Source: Fibrobacteria bacterium (lineage in GTDB: Bacteria > Fibrobacterota > Fibrobacteria > UBA11236). From it: a stretch of DNA of 64,000 nucleotides. The position numbers and the translations under genes were made by a program. Positions 20,299 through 29,979 of the stretch are shown here, piece after piece. The notes below the pieces were generated by a model. It was not told where the DNA came from. It saw only the letters and a program-made list of their open reading frames with translations, and made no database searches. The stretch covers positions 32,001-96,000 of the forward strand of contig JBGTHM010000005.1 of the NCBI GenBank assembly GCA_041746255.1. Direction: 5' to 3'. Numbering within the stretch: the stretch's first letter is position 1; every line of letters begins with the position of its first letter.

Positions 20299-21558
20299 TC
20301 AAGGCCAGAATGCGGTGGATGGGGGTTTCCCCCAAAGCAGCCGGAAAATCCGATAGGCGTCATCGCGCAAATCCTTGCCGTCGTTAAATCGAGGCATAAG
20401 ATGGAAAAGGCTGGAAGCGATATACAGGCCGCCATCCGGCCCGAAAGCCATGGCCTCCGGCCAGAGCATGGATTCATGTTGCAATAGGGTGGAAATCGCT
20501 CCGGTTTCCGTATTGAAAGTGACGATGGAATTGTCCTCCACCGAAGTCAGATAGAGAATCCCTTCCGAATCCATCGCCATGCCGCTGCTGACAACGCTTC
20601 CTGCAATCCGCTCCACGGCTGCCGACAGGCTGCTGTCCGAGGCCCGCCTATCCCGTAATATTTCCGTAGGTATCCGATATAAGGAGCGCCCCGTCAGGGC
20701 CTGGTAATAAAGATATTCTCCCTCTAAACTCAGTTCGATAGCGTTTATATGCAGGCCCTGCGTCTGACCCTTTTCGGAGCCCAAGGCATTGTTACCCACC
20801 TTGATTGGGATGTTTCCGGCCTTCAGGGAAGGATGCTCCGCCAGCACCCGATGCGCGTTGCCGTTTTCCAAATCCAGCACGATAAGCGCGCCGGTTCCGG
20901 ACTCCGCGATATAGGCGACCTGCCTGTCCAAATCGACGCGCACCTCTTGTAAATAGCCTCCACTGGGAATCACCCGCTTATCCAGAGGATAAACCTTAAC
21001 CACAGCTTCCGCATCTATATCCACTTGGACCAACTTGGGCCCGCCGTTAATCGTACCCTGCATAAATGGGCTGGCGGCGTCCAGCACCCATAAATGGCCT
21101 CTCCCGTCCGCCCATAGGGCTTGCACCGACACGAAACGCTCCTCGGCGTTCCACCCCCATTGCCATTCATTCCAGGTTCTGGAAGGAAAAGCCTCCAGCC
21201 TGCCGATTTCATTGATTACCGCCACCGAAATACGATGATGGTTGGCCCATCTGGGAAAGGAAACGAAGATTTTTCCTTTTTCACTTACGGCGATGCTTGT
21301 GGGTTGATGGAGGGGAAAGGCCGCCACGGTATCGAATCGCACCCTACCGTCTGGAATGAAAATCTCATCCTCCTCGTAGGGCACCCCCAACTCTGATCCT
21401 CCTAACACCTGGATTCCACTCGCGGCTTCGTCCCAATGGGATTTTCCCAACCGGGTCTCTTTCGGGTTGGAGGCAGAGCAGGCCGTGAGAGTGCCCCCTA
21501 CCAAAGCCGTAAAGAGGAAAACCAGAATAAAAGTGACTGGGAGATTATAACACCGCAT
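20299..21558 (-). CDS. Major royal jelly/yellow family lipoprotein
   Basis: Lipobox LTAC; IFVSFPRW, FVSVQ...LWVLD, GPKLV, AYIAESG, LYYQALTG. Confidence 0.9.
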   Translation of the reverse strand: MRCYNLPVTFILVFLFTALVGGTLTACSASNPKETRLGKSHWDEAASGIQVLGGSELGVPYEEDEIFIPDGRVRFDTVAAFPLHQPTSIAVSEKGKIFVSFPRWANHHRISVAVINEIGRLEAFPSRTWNEWQWGWNAEERFVSVQALWADGRGHLWVLDAASPFMQGTINGGPKLVQVDIDAEAVVKVYPLDKRVIPSGGYLQEVRVDLDRQVAYIAESGTGALIVLDLENGNAHRVLAEHPSLKAGNIPIKVGNNALGSEKGQTQGLHINAIELSLEGEYLYYQALTGRSLYRIPTEILRDRRASDSSLSAAVERIAGSVVSSGMAMDSEGILYLTSVEDNSIVTFNTETGAISTLLQHESMLWPEAMAFGPDGGLYIASSLFHLMPRFNDGKDLRDDAYRIFRLLWGKPPSTAFWP

Positions 21559-21677
21559 GAATTGAACCTCCCTCTTCGCCTTTTCTGAAAATAATTCTGA
21601 TGCGGGGGAAGGATAGTCTTTTCTTCATTCGCCTCGAAGTGGCGCAATGGGGAGATTATAGGCCAGAACTGGGGAAG

Positions 21678-22232
21678 TTACGGAAGACTTGCGGGTTGCG
21701 TACGCGGGGCCCTCCAAACCTGCCATATGTATAGGATTATCCCGATGCATATAAGCGAGTCGGCGATATTGAATATGGGATAACTCCACACATCTTTCCA
21801 ATGCACGTGGATGAAATCGACGACATAACCATGGCGTACCCTGTCAAGAATATTTCCCAAAGCGCCGGCGAGAATAAGCATCAAGGGAAGAATTTGATAA
21901 GTTGAGAAACGTCGGCTTTCCCAAATCATCCAGAACAGAAAACCAAAGGCCAGGGCCGAAAATCCGAGGATAAGCGGCGCCCGGATTTTTTCGTCCATAC
22001 CCGACAGCATGCTGAAAGCAATGGCGGAGTTTTCCGCATAGCGGAACTCCAGCAGGTTGCGTATGAGGGTAATGGGCGGTTCCGCTTTCAAAGCCGATGC
22101 CGCCGCGGCCTTGGTAGCCAAATCGGATCCACAGCCCACGAATACGATGGCCAAAAGGATAATCCACTTCTTCAAAATTTCTCCGGGTTTGCTTAATGGG
22201 TGAGTCGCGTTAGGTTTATCCGAAACCTGCAA
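21678..22232 (-). CDS. lspA: Lipoprotein signal peptidase II (start uncertain)
   Basis: DLATK, ENSAIAFS, GALGNILDR, VVDFI, PIFNIADS. Confidence 0.95.
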   Translation of the reverse strand: MQVSDKPNATHPLSKPGEILKKWIILLAIVFVGCGSDLATKAAAASALKAEPPITLIRNLLEFRYAENSAIAFSMLSGMDEKIRAPLILGFSALAFGFLFWMIWESRRFSTYQILPLMLILAGALGNILDRVRHGYVVDFIHVHWKDVWSYPIFNIADSLICIGIILYIWQVWRAPRTQPASLP

Positions 22233-22235
22233 AAT

Positions 22236-23063
22236 TCATTTCCTCCCGATGCCGATAAGGGCTCGGCCTACCGAAGTGACGGGGCCTTCACCCAGTTCCC
22301 GGCCCAGTTTTTCTCGAATGTTGATGCGCATAGACTCCCATTTGGCTTCGCCCATTTTGTGTATGAGCAATGCGACCGGCGCCGTGGTGCGCTGCACCCT
22401 TTGCCAGAATTCGTCCACGGAAGAAAATTCCATGGCATGCTCCACCCGATGCATTTCTACTTCGTTAAAACCTGCGGATTGCATTTCTTGGGCAAACTCC
22501 CCGGGGTCTCCTAATGGGGCCTTGCCTTTTCCGAAAGGCACACCCGGTAATTCGGCCCGGAGGCATTCCATCACGGTTACGATCGGGCCTTCAAAAGGCA
22601 TCCAACTGGAAATCAGCGCCGGGGCTCCCGGTTTGATGACGCGTCGCAGCTCGCGCATGCCCTTGATGCGGTCCGGAAAAAAAATCAGCCCGAACAGGGA
22701 AAAAGCGGCGTCAAAGCCCTCGTCTTCGAATGGCAAGGCTTGGCCGTCACCCTGGTGAATTTCCACTCCCGTTGCTCCCTGGGTTGCAACCCTATGGCGA
22801 AATCGTTCCAGCATAGGGGGAGAGAAATCGATGGCGCTGACTCTCGTCCCATTCGCCGCAGCCAGCAAGCTCAGGGTACCGGGGCCTGCCGCCACGTCCA
22901 CAATGCGCGAGTTGGATGGCAATTGCGCCAGGCGCAGGGCATCCTTGGCATAAAGCTCAAATTGAGGAACCAATTCGAGGGCGTAGGCATCGGCAACCAG
23001 GTCCCACGGCTCGGGAAAGGCCAGTGGACTATTTGTGACATAGGGGGCTTGGGGTTCAGACAT
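22236..23063 (-). CDS. Class I SAM-dependent methyltransferase
   Basis: VDVAAGPG, AIDFS, GDGQALPFEDEGFD, RRVIKPG. Confidence 0.92.
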   Translation of the reverse strand: MSEPQAPYVTNSPLAFPEPWDLVADAYALELVPQFELYAKDALRLAQLPSNSRIVDVAAGPGTLSLLAAANGTRVSAIDFSPPMLERFRHRVATQGATGVEIHQGDGQALPFEDEGFDAAFSLFGLIFFPDRIKGMRELRRVIKPGAPALISSWMPFEGPIVTVMECLRAELPGVPFGKGKAPLGDPGEFAQEMQSAGFNEVEMHRVEHAMEFSSVDEFWQRVQRTTAPVALLIHKMGEAKWESMRINIREKLGRELGEGPVTSVGRALIGIGRK

Positions 23064-23074
23064 GGGGAAAATTT

Positions 23075-23101
23075 ACATAATCCCGAGGCCGGGAATTATG
23101 T
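23075..23101. promoter_or_regulatory. Inverted repeat in a divergent promoter region
   Basis: ACATAATCCCG-aggc-CGGGaATTATGT (11-bp arms, one bulge) about 12 nt upstream of the methyltransferase start. Confidence 0.4.
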
Positions 23102-23285
23102 TCAGCTCGTCAGGCCACCGCGAACCGCTCCCCGGACTCCCATTCCGGCCCTTCAACAACTCTAACCGGACTCAATCTTGGAGTCTTTCTGACATTTTTT
23201 TACATGGGATTGCCACCTCAACTCGGCATTTTACCTACAATGAAGAGACATCAGGGGATATCTCCCCCACCTTCGGATTGGCTGC

Positions 23286-25124
23286 ATGTATAATACCCAC
23301 CACTCTTTTCATATTCCCGTCATGGGAACCGGTTTCACCATCGATGCACCTTTGAAGGTGGCCCGTTTTGGGATTTCCTCCGTAATCAGTATTGTGGACG
23401 ACATGCTCATCGACCGAATCCGTCGCCACTATGCCAAGCAGCATGGGAGGCCGGATGCCGCCATTCCCGCCTCCCATCCCGACGCTCGAGCCGCGCGCAT
23501 CACCACCTACCTCGATTTGGTCCACGACCTGTTGGAAGAGCAAATGGCGGCCATCAAAGCCCTGCCTTTCGCAGCGGGCAACGAAAAAACCGCCTATTTC
23601 GAAATGCTGCCGGACAGCGCTGCGCTCAAACAGCGATACCTTCAATATCTTTCTATGGAAGAGGGCGCCGAAAAGCAGACGTTGGATGCCCAACTGACTG
23701 CGGCCATGCGTGCAGGCCATATCGACTGCAATATCATGACCAAGTTGGATCCCCCCGCCTACGATACCCAGGGCCAGATGCGTCCCCCGGAATTTTCGGA
23801 CGCCAAAGCCGCCTTGCGGGGATTCGCGCTTTCGAAAGTCCGCGCCTCCATCGTGATGTCGGCCGGTATCAATCCTTCGCTATACGGCTATCTGGAAAGT
23901 TTTCCGGATTTTTACCGCCTCGGCGATGAGCCCCCTAAAAAGGGCGTCATACTCAAAGTTTCCGATTTCCGCTCCAGCATGGTGCAAGGCCGCTTTCTGG
24001 GAAAAAAGGGAATAGAGGTCCGCGAGTTCCGCATCGAATCGGGCCTGAATTGCGGCGGACATGCTTTTGCCGCCAATGGTTATTTGCTTGGACCTATTCT
24101 GCAAGAATTCCGGGATAGTCGGGAACAATTTCCGGAAATGTTCGAGCCGCTTATTACCACCTATTTCGAGAAAAAGGGCAAGGCTTATCCTGCCTCCGGC
24201 CTCAATCGCCGCATACCGGTAACCGCCCAAGGCGGAATCGGAAATTTCGGTGAAGTTCGCCGTTTGATGGAATATTACGGCATGGACGCAACCGGTTGGG
24301 CCAGTCCTTTTCTTTTGGTACCCGAAGTCACCGCCGTGGACGATGATACCCGTCAGCAATTGATGGAGGCACGCGAAGAGGACCTTTATCTGAGCGACGT
24401 TTCTCCCTTGGGAGTCGCCTTCAATAACCTGCGGAACTCCGGCACCCATCGCTGGACCGAAGCGCGCATCCGTGCAGGAAAGCCCGGCTCGCCCTGCCCC
24501 AAAGGCTATTTGGCCTTGAATACCGAATTCACGGAAAAGCCGATTTGCACCGCTTCGATGCAATACCAAAAAATCAAATTGGCCAGTATCGGTTACGACT
24601 CGCCGCCTCCCATCGACACCGAGGATGCTCGCGTACAGGCGATTTACGAAAAAAGCTGCATTTGCGATCAACTGGGCAACGGCGCCTTGATTCAACTGGG
24701 CATGAGCCGAAGGGAAATGCCGGTTTCGGTTTGCCCAGGCCCCAACATCGCCTATTTCAATAAGCTTTATTCACTACGCGAAATGGTGGATCATATCTAT
24801 GGGAGAGGTGAAAGCCTGGTACCCGCCGAGCGACCGCATTTCTTCGTTAAAGATATGCTCATGACCATCGAGTTTTTCGGTAAGCGCGCCGCCAAACTCA
24901 CTGCCGGCGATGAAAAGAGTTTCAACATTCTAGTCGAGTTCCGGCAAAACGTGAAAGACGGCATTGAATATTATCGGACCTTCGTAGGTAACACGCCTTT
25001 TCCGGGCGAAAACCTGGAATCCCTGAAAGAAGCGCTCCCGGATCACGAAGCCCGCTTGGAATCCATTTGGGATGCGACATTGAAACGGCTGGGGCAGCCC
25101 CACACAGCCTCATCTCCGGCCTGA
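23286..25124 (+). CDS. Conserved hypothetical protein, probable FMN TIM-barrel oxidoreductase with a Cys cluster
   Basis: HIPVMG, ESGLNCGGHAF, AQGGIG resemble nitronate monooxygenase/FabK-type motifs; Cys in SPCPKG, PICTAS, SCICD, VCPGPN. Confidence 0.6.
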   Translation: MYNTHHSFHIPVMGTGFTIDAPLKVARFGISSVISIVDDMLIDRIRRHYAKQHGRPDAAIPASHPDARAARITTYLDLVHDLLEEQMAAIKALPFAAGNEKTAYFEMLPDSAALKQRYLQYLSMEEGAEKQTLDAQLTAAMRAGHIDCNIMTKLDPPAYDTQGQMRPPEFSDAKAALRGFALSKVRASIVMSAGINPSLYGYLESFPDFYRLGDEPPKKGVILKVSDFRSSMVQGRFLGKKGIEVREFRIESGLNCGGHAFAANGYLLGPILQEFRDSREQFPEMFEPLITTYFEKKGKAYPASGLNRRIPVTAQGGIGNFGEVRRLMEYYGMDATGWASPFLLVPEVTAVDDDTRQQLMEAREEDLYLSDVSPLGVAFNNLRNSGTHRWTEARIRAGKPGSPCPKGYLALNTEFTEKPICTASMQYQKIKLASIGYDSPPPIDTEDARVQAIYEKSCICDQLGNGALIQLGMSRREMPVSVCPGPNIAYFNKLYSLREMVDHIYGRGESLVPAERPHFFVKDMLMTIEFFGKRAAKLTAGDEKSFNILVEFRQNVKDGIEYYRTFVGNTPFPGENLESLKEALPDHEARLESIWDATLKRLGQPHTASSPA

Positions 25125-25172
25125 TTCGTCATACAGCCCAATCTTGGGTTACCCTTGTATTTTGCTGCCATA

Positions 25173-27368
25173 ATGCGGTTATTGCGAAACAAAATATCCC
25201 CTCCTTGCCAGGCTTTTTGGACCTGCTGGGCCGGCGCCTTCTTCATTCTCCTCACATTTCCACCCACCTCATCGCATGCGGAAACGGTACATGCTCCCTA
25301 CACCGAAGCGGAACTGGTAAGTGAACTCGCTACCGTAGCGCCAGGAGACACCCTCTGGGCCGCGCTTCGGCTCAAACCCCACCCCGACTGGTATGTTTAC
25401 TGGAAAAATCCCGGTGATGCGGGTATGCCCCCCTCTCTGGAATGGACCCTTCCCGAGGGTGTTACTGCGCAGGAAATCCTGTTCCCCTACCCGGAGGTCA
25501 TCCCCAGCGGACCGCTTGCCAGTTTCGGTTTCTCGCAGGAAGTATTCTATCCCGTGCGCATCGCCATTTCCTCCGATTTTCCTATCGGTACGCCTTTGGT
25601 CTTGAATGCCCACGCTGATTGGCTGGTGTGCAAGGTGGAATGCCTGCCCGCCGATGCGGAACTGACTCTGATTTTGGAAACGGGCGAAAAGACGCCGCAT
25701 CCGGTCTGGGGGGGGAAGTGGCAATCCATCCTGGAACGCCTGCCCCACGACTCACCCGAATGGAAATGGCGCGTCCGCTTCGAACCTGAAACGCTAACCG
25801 TAACAGGAACGATACCTAGGGGCTGGAAAACCGGAACGGGCGGGGTGTTTTTCTTTCCCGACGAACAGGGCATCATCGACAATGCCCAACCGCAAAGCTA
25901 TTTGGTTAACGACGGAATGCTGGAAGTGAAAGTGGTGCGCGATCCGGTTATCGGCTCGGAACCCGATTCCCTGCAGGGCGTGTTGGTGGCGGACTCCGCT
26001 TGGCGTTCGCCTGACGGCATCGCCTATCCGGCCCTTACCATCGCCGTGACCCCTGTAACAGGACTCGAAACGGCCGCCCCAGCGGCGGTTCCGCTTTCCA
26101 TGGGCCGGGTCCAGGGAATGGGATGGGCGCTGCTGTTCGCCTTGTTGGGCGGCGTTTTACTGAACCTGATGCCCTGCGTATTGCCCGTGCTTTCGCTTAA
26201 GATCATGGACTTCGTCAACCGGGCGGGCCAACGGCGCAGCCTCACCATCGTCCATGGTCTGGTTTTCACCAGCGGCGTGCTGCTTTCCTTTTGGATCCTG
26301 GCGGGCACGCTGATTCTGCTGCAACAGGGTGGGGCCCAACTCGGTTGGGGCTTCCAATTGCAATCGCCCCTTTTCGTTTTTTCCCTGTCGGCATTCCTTT
26401 TTCTTTTCGGGCTAAACTTGCTCGGAGTTTTCGAAATGGGAGTTTTGTTCACGCGCTTCTCCGCCGCCGGAAAAACCGACTCGCATTATCTCGGCAGCTT
26501 CGCCGGAGGCGTAACGGCCACCTTGGTGGCCACTCCCTGTACCGCCCCTTTCATGGGCGCGGCCTTGGGCTATGGCTTTACCCTGTCGCCCCTGGCGAAC
26601 CTCGCGCTTTTCACCGCCTTGGGCTTCGGCATGGCCTCACCTTACCTTCTGCTCTCCTTTTTCCCGGGCTTCCTTCGCTTTCTTCCCGCTCCGGGAAGGT
26701 GGATGGAAACGCTTAAGCAATTCATGGGGTTTTTACTGCTGGGCACCGTGATATGGCTGGCGTGGGTATTGGGTCATCTAGTGGGTAACGATGGAATTAC
26801 CGTCTTCTGGATGTCACTGCTTTGCATTGGAATCGGCGCCTGGATGCTGGGACGTTGGGGCGTTCTCTCCGTGTCCCCGCGTACACGCTTTTTGGCCATA
26901 GCCGCCGCTATCGTCATCTGGGCGCTCGCGTTGTGGTTCGGAAGCGCTGCCATGAAACTATCCGCACCTGTAGCGGCCCTGCCCATAGGCGCAACCGCGG
27001 AGGGTTCGCAGGCTGCGTCCATCCCGGAAATCGACTGGGAGCCCTTCTCGCCGGAAAGGCTGGAGGAATTGCGGACCCGGAAAGAGCCCGTTTTCGTGAA
27101 TTTCACCGCCGCCTGGTGTATTACCTGCAAAGTGAATGAACGCATGGCATTACGCTCACCCGAAGTGATTGAACGTTTCTCGGAACTGGGAATTCACGCC
27201 CTTAAGGCCGATTGGACGGCTCGCGACGCTTCGCTGGCACGGGTACTGGCGGGTTATGGGAGAAATAGCATTCCGTTCTATGTATTTTACGACGGCAAAG
27301 CCGATAAGCCGAAGTTTCTGCCGGAACTTCTAACCCCCGGGTTGTTATTGGAAATTCTGCACCGATAA
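25173..27368 (+). CDS. dsbD: Thiol:disulfide interchange protein, DsbD family
   Basis: YWKNPGDAG, WLVCKVEC, LNLMPCVLPV, ATPCTAPF, FTAAWCITC. Confidence 0.93.
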   Translation: MRLLRNKISPPCQAFWTCWAGAFFILLTFPPTSSHAETVHAPYTEAELVSELATVAPGDTLWAALRLKPHPDWYVYWKNPGDAGMPPSLEWTLPEGVTAQEILFPYPEVIPSGPLASFGFSQEVFYPVRIAISSDFPIGTPLVLNAHADWLVCKVECLPADAELTLILETGEKTPHPVWGGKWQSILERLPHDSPEWKWRVRFEPETLTVTGTIPRGWKTGTGGVFFFPDEQGIIDNAQPQSYLVNDGMLEVKVVRDPVIGSEPDSLQGVLVADSAWRSPDGIAYPALTIAVTPVTGLETAAPAAVPLSMGRVQGMGWALLFALLGGVLLNLMPCVLPVLSLKIMDFVNRAGQRRSLTIVHGLVFTSGVLLSFWILAGTLILLQQGGAQLGWGFQLQSPLFVFSLSAFLFLFGLNLLGVFEMGVLFTRFSAAGKTDSHYLGSFAGGVTATLVATPCTAPFMGAALGYGFTLSPLANLALFTALGFGMASPYLLLSFFPGFLRFLPAPGRWMETLKQFMGFLLLGTVIWLAWVLGHLVGNDGITVFWMSLLCIGIGAWMLGRWGVLSVSPRTRFLAIAAAIVIWALALWFGSAAMKLSAPVAALPIGATAEGSQAASIPEIDWEPFSPERLEELRTRKEPVFVNFTAAWCITCKVNERMALRSPEVIERFSELGIHALKADWTARDASLARVLAGYGRNSIPFYVFYDGKADKPKFLPELLTPGLLLEILHR

Positions 27369-27382
27369 GCAAAGGAGAAGAC

Positions 27383-27997
27383 ATGTTGAAGAAATTAGGG
27401 ACCTTGACCTTGGTATTGGGAATGATGCTGGCCGTCCCCTCGGCTTACGCCGCGGCTAAACCGGGAGCACCCGCGCCCGACTTCACCCTCACCGACGTCG
27501 AAGGAAAAGAGCATAAGCTCTCCGACTTGGCGGGCCGCTATGTCGTGCTCGAATGGGTCAACTATGATTGCCCTTTCGTGGCCAAGCATTACAAATCGGG
27601 AAACATGCCCGCCCTGCAAGCGAAATGGAAGGAAAAGGACGTAGTCTGGTTTTCCATTAACTCGTCGGCGGAAGGGAAGCAGGGTCATTTCGAAACAGCC
27701 GCCTTGAAAGAGCGCATGGCCAAGGAGAAAGCCGCTCCCACGGCCTACCTGCTGGATACCGACGGAACCGTCGGCAAGCTTTACGGAGCCAAAACCACTC
27801 CGCATATGTATGTCATCAATCCCGAGGGCGGATTGATATACGCCGGCGCCATCGACGACAAACCGACAACCCGTGTCAAAGACGTGGAAACCTCCAAGAG
27901 CTATCTGAACGCCGCTCTCGAAGCGGGCATGGCGGGAAAACCGGTGGAAACCGCTTCCACCAACGCTTATGGTTGTTCTGTGAAATATGCCAAATGA
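27383..27997 (+). CDS. Periplasmic AhpC/TSA (thioredoxin-fold) redoxin
   Basis: Signal peptide; APDFTL, LEWVNYDCPFV, TTPHMYV, YAGAIDD, YGCSVKY. Confidence 0.9.
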   Translation: MLKKLGTLTLVLGMMLAVPSAYAAAKPGAPAPDFTLTDVEGKEHKLSDLAGRYVVLEWVNYDCPFVAKHYKSGNMPALQAKWKEKDVVWFSINSSAEGKQGHFETAALKERMAKEKAAPTAYLLDTDGTVGKLYGAKTTPHMYVINPEGGLIYAGAIDDKPTTRVKDVETSKSYLNAALEAGMAGKPVETASTNAYGCSVKYAK

Positions 27998-28016
27998 GGC
28001 GTTGACCCGGGCGGGT

Positions 28017-28772
28017 CTAAAAACTCGCCCCCGTCACCAAGCCTAATTGATAATAGGAATATTCGCCTTTCAGGCTTTCCCAGCGTATTCCGAGGAACCC
28101 GGTTCCAGTGTTATCCACGAATTTATCGATGCCCAGACTCCAATAGGTACCGCCGGTCTCGCCTTTTTCACCCTCGAGCGGATCCCAATCCGCTCCGAGT
28201 CTGAGCCCCGTGATAAAGTCGGTGGAAAATCCGAAAACATTGCTTCTGCGATAGCCCCTGAAATGGGAACCCTCGAAATTCACCAGAGGGTTATGGGCGA
28301 CTCGCCGAAACCACCTCCCGGTGAATTTACGACCCGGGTAAGGCGAGAACGTGGCGGATAGCCCGTAATCATAGTCCCAAGTATAAACCCAGGTCCGCTT
28401 GGCAACGGGTCCGGGGGGGTTGACCGCGATGCCGTACTTTTCCAAATGGCCGGCCTTTACCCGATTTTTATCATCGGTCCAATCGCCCATGTTGTCGAAG
28501 CCAAAGCCCATTCCCAATCCGATTTTCCCATAGATTCCCGCGCGGAATAACTTTCCGAGCAAGGGCAGGTCAAAATCCCCTTCGATGGGAACCGCATAAA
28601 GACGCGAACTCCCGTACATTTCCTCCTTGGGGAAATCGCCGACCAAGTAGAGCTCATTGTCGCGATAATTCTCATAAAAGGAGACGGAGTTAGCCCACCC
28701 GTAATGGGTGGAGAAACCACTGCACATCGCCTCGACGCACAGCCAGGCCACCAAAAGGAGTGTCGCCCTCAT
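28017..28772 (-). CDS. Hypothetical secreted/outer-membrane protein
   Basis: Signal peptide; aromatic/Gly-rich strands; terminal Phe; overlaps the upstream stop codon by 4 nt. Confidence 0.6.
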   Translation of the reverse strand: MRATLLLVAWLCVEAMCSGFSTHYGWANSVSFYENYRDNELYLVGDFPKEEMYGSSRLYAVPIEGDFDLPLLGKLFRAGIYGKIGLGMGFGFDNMGDWTDDKNRVKAGHLEKYGIAVNPPGPVAKRTWVYTWDYDYGLSATFSPYPGRKFTGRWFRRVAHNPLVNFEGSHFRGYRRSNVFGFSTDFITGLRLGADWDPLEGEKGETGGTYWSLGIDKFVDNTGTGFLGIRWESLKGEYSYYQLGLVTGASF

Positions 28773-29920
28773 TGGATTTCACGAGCGGAGTGCGATACGG
28801 AAGCCGAGAGAGAGGGATAATCGATCATACCCTCGGCTCCGCCTGCAAACAAGGTATCGCGATTCAGGGAGTTGAGTTCCGCGTGGGTGGAGATGCGCAA
28901 AGGCAAATCGGGATTGGCCAGGAATGCTCTCCCGAAGGCGACGAGATCCGCGGAATCCAACTGAAGGGCGGCATGCGCTGTTCGCGGCGTCAGGCCGCCG
29001 CAGAGCAGAAAAGGGCCCCGGAAATTTTCTCGCATGCGATGGGAGAGCGAATCCTCTTCGATATAAGGCGAATTCCCGGAGGATTCCAGTGAATTCACCG
29101 CAGGTGCATCGAATTTCCGCACGACATGCAAATAGGCTAAATCAAATCGCCCCAACTCGGTGGCCAATTCTCCGAAGGTAACTTCAGGGTGACTATCGCT
29201 CATGCCATTGGCGGAATATTCGGGAGCCACTCTCACGCCCACCCGGTCCGAATCCCAGACGGTGGAAACCGCCTCCAGCACCTCGAACAAAAACCGCATC
29301 CGCCTTAAGGGCGAACCGCCATATTCGTCTTCGCGCTGGTTGGAGCCGTCGCGGAGAAATTGATCGAGCAAATGCCCGTTGGCGGCATTCACTTCCACCC
29401 CGTCGAAGCCCGCACTTTTGGCGTAGGCCGCGGCCCGCGCATATTCTTCGACCAATGACGGAATTTCATGGGTTTCCAATTCTCTGGGAATGGGATAAGC
29501 CTGCATGCCCTTGGGGGTCATGGCCTCTCCCGGAGCCGCCAGGGGAGAAGGACCAACGGGTCTCCGGCCACCCAGAAGGTCGGGATGGGAAAGCCGGCCG
29601 GCATGCCAAAGTTGCAGGAAAATTCGACCGCCCGCCTCATGAACCGCTTGGGCTACCCGCCGCCATCCGAGCATTTGGTCCTGGGTATGGATGCCCGCAA
29701 TTCCCCAGGCGCCGACCCCGCAGGGCGACACATGGGCGCCGCCGGCGATGATGAGCCCGGCCGTAGCCCGTTGCCGGAAGTATTCGATTTCGAGTAAGCC
29801 GGGAATGCCTTGTTCGCCTGCCCGATCGCGGGCCATGGGAGCCATGACGATTCGGTTAGGCAGTCGCAGGGAACCAAGGAAGTAGGGTTGGAAAAGCGGA
29901 CCGTTCACATAGCGTAACAT
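28769..29920 (-). CDS. Old yellow enzyme family alkene reductase (NemA-like)
   Basis: NRIVMAPM, LQLWHAGR, GFDGVEVNAANGHLLDQF, DLVAFGRAFLANPDL. Confidence 0.93.
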   Translation of the reverse strand: MLRYVNGPLFQPYFLGSLRLPNRIVMAPMARDRAGEQGIPGLLEIEYFRQRATAGLIIAGGAHVSPCGVGAWGIAGIHTQDQMLGWRRVAQAVHEAGGRIFLQLWHAGRLSHPDLLGGRRPVGPSPLAAPGEAMTPKGMQAYPIPRELETHEIPSLVEEYARAAAYAKSAGFDGVEVNAANGHLLDQFLRDGSNQREDEYGGSPLRRMRFLFEVLEAVSTVWDSDRVGVRVAPEYSANGMSDSHPEVTFGELATELGRFDLAYLHVVRKFDAPAVNSLESSGNSPYIEEDSLSHRMRENFRGPFLLCGGLTPRTAHAALQLDSADLVAFGRAFLANPDLPLRISTHAELNSLNRDTLFAGGAEGMIDYPSLSASVSHSAREIQ

Positions 29921-29979
29921 ACATAAAGCGCCTCCCTTACCGAAGGCGCTTCTCAAAAAGTAGCGATAATCCCGAGTGC

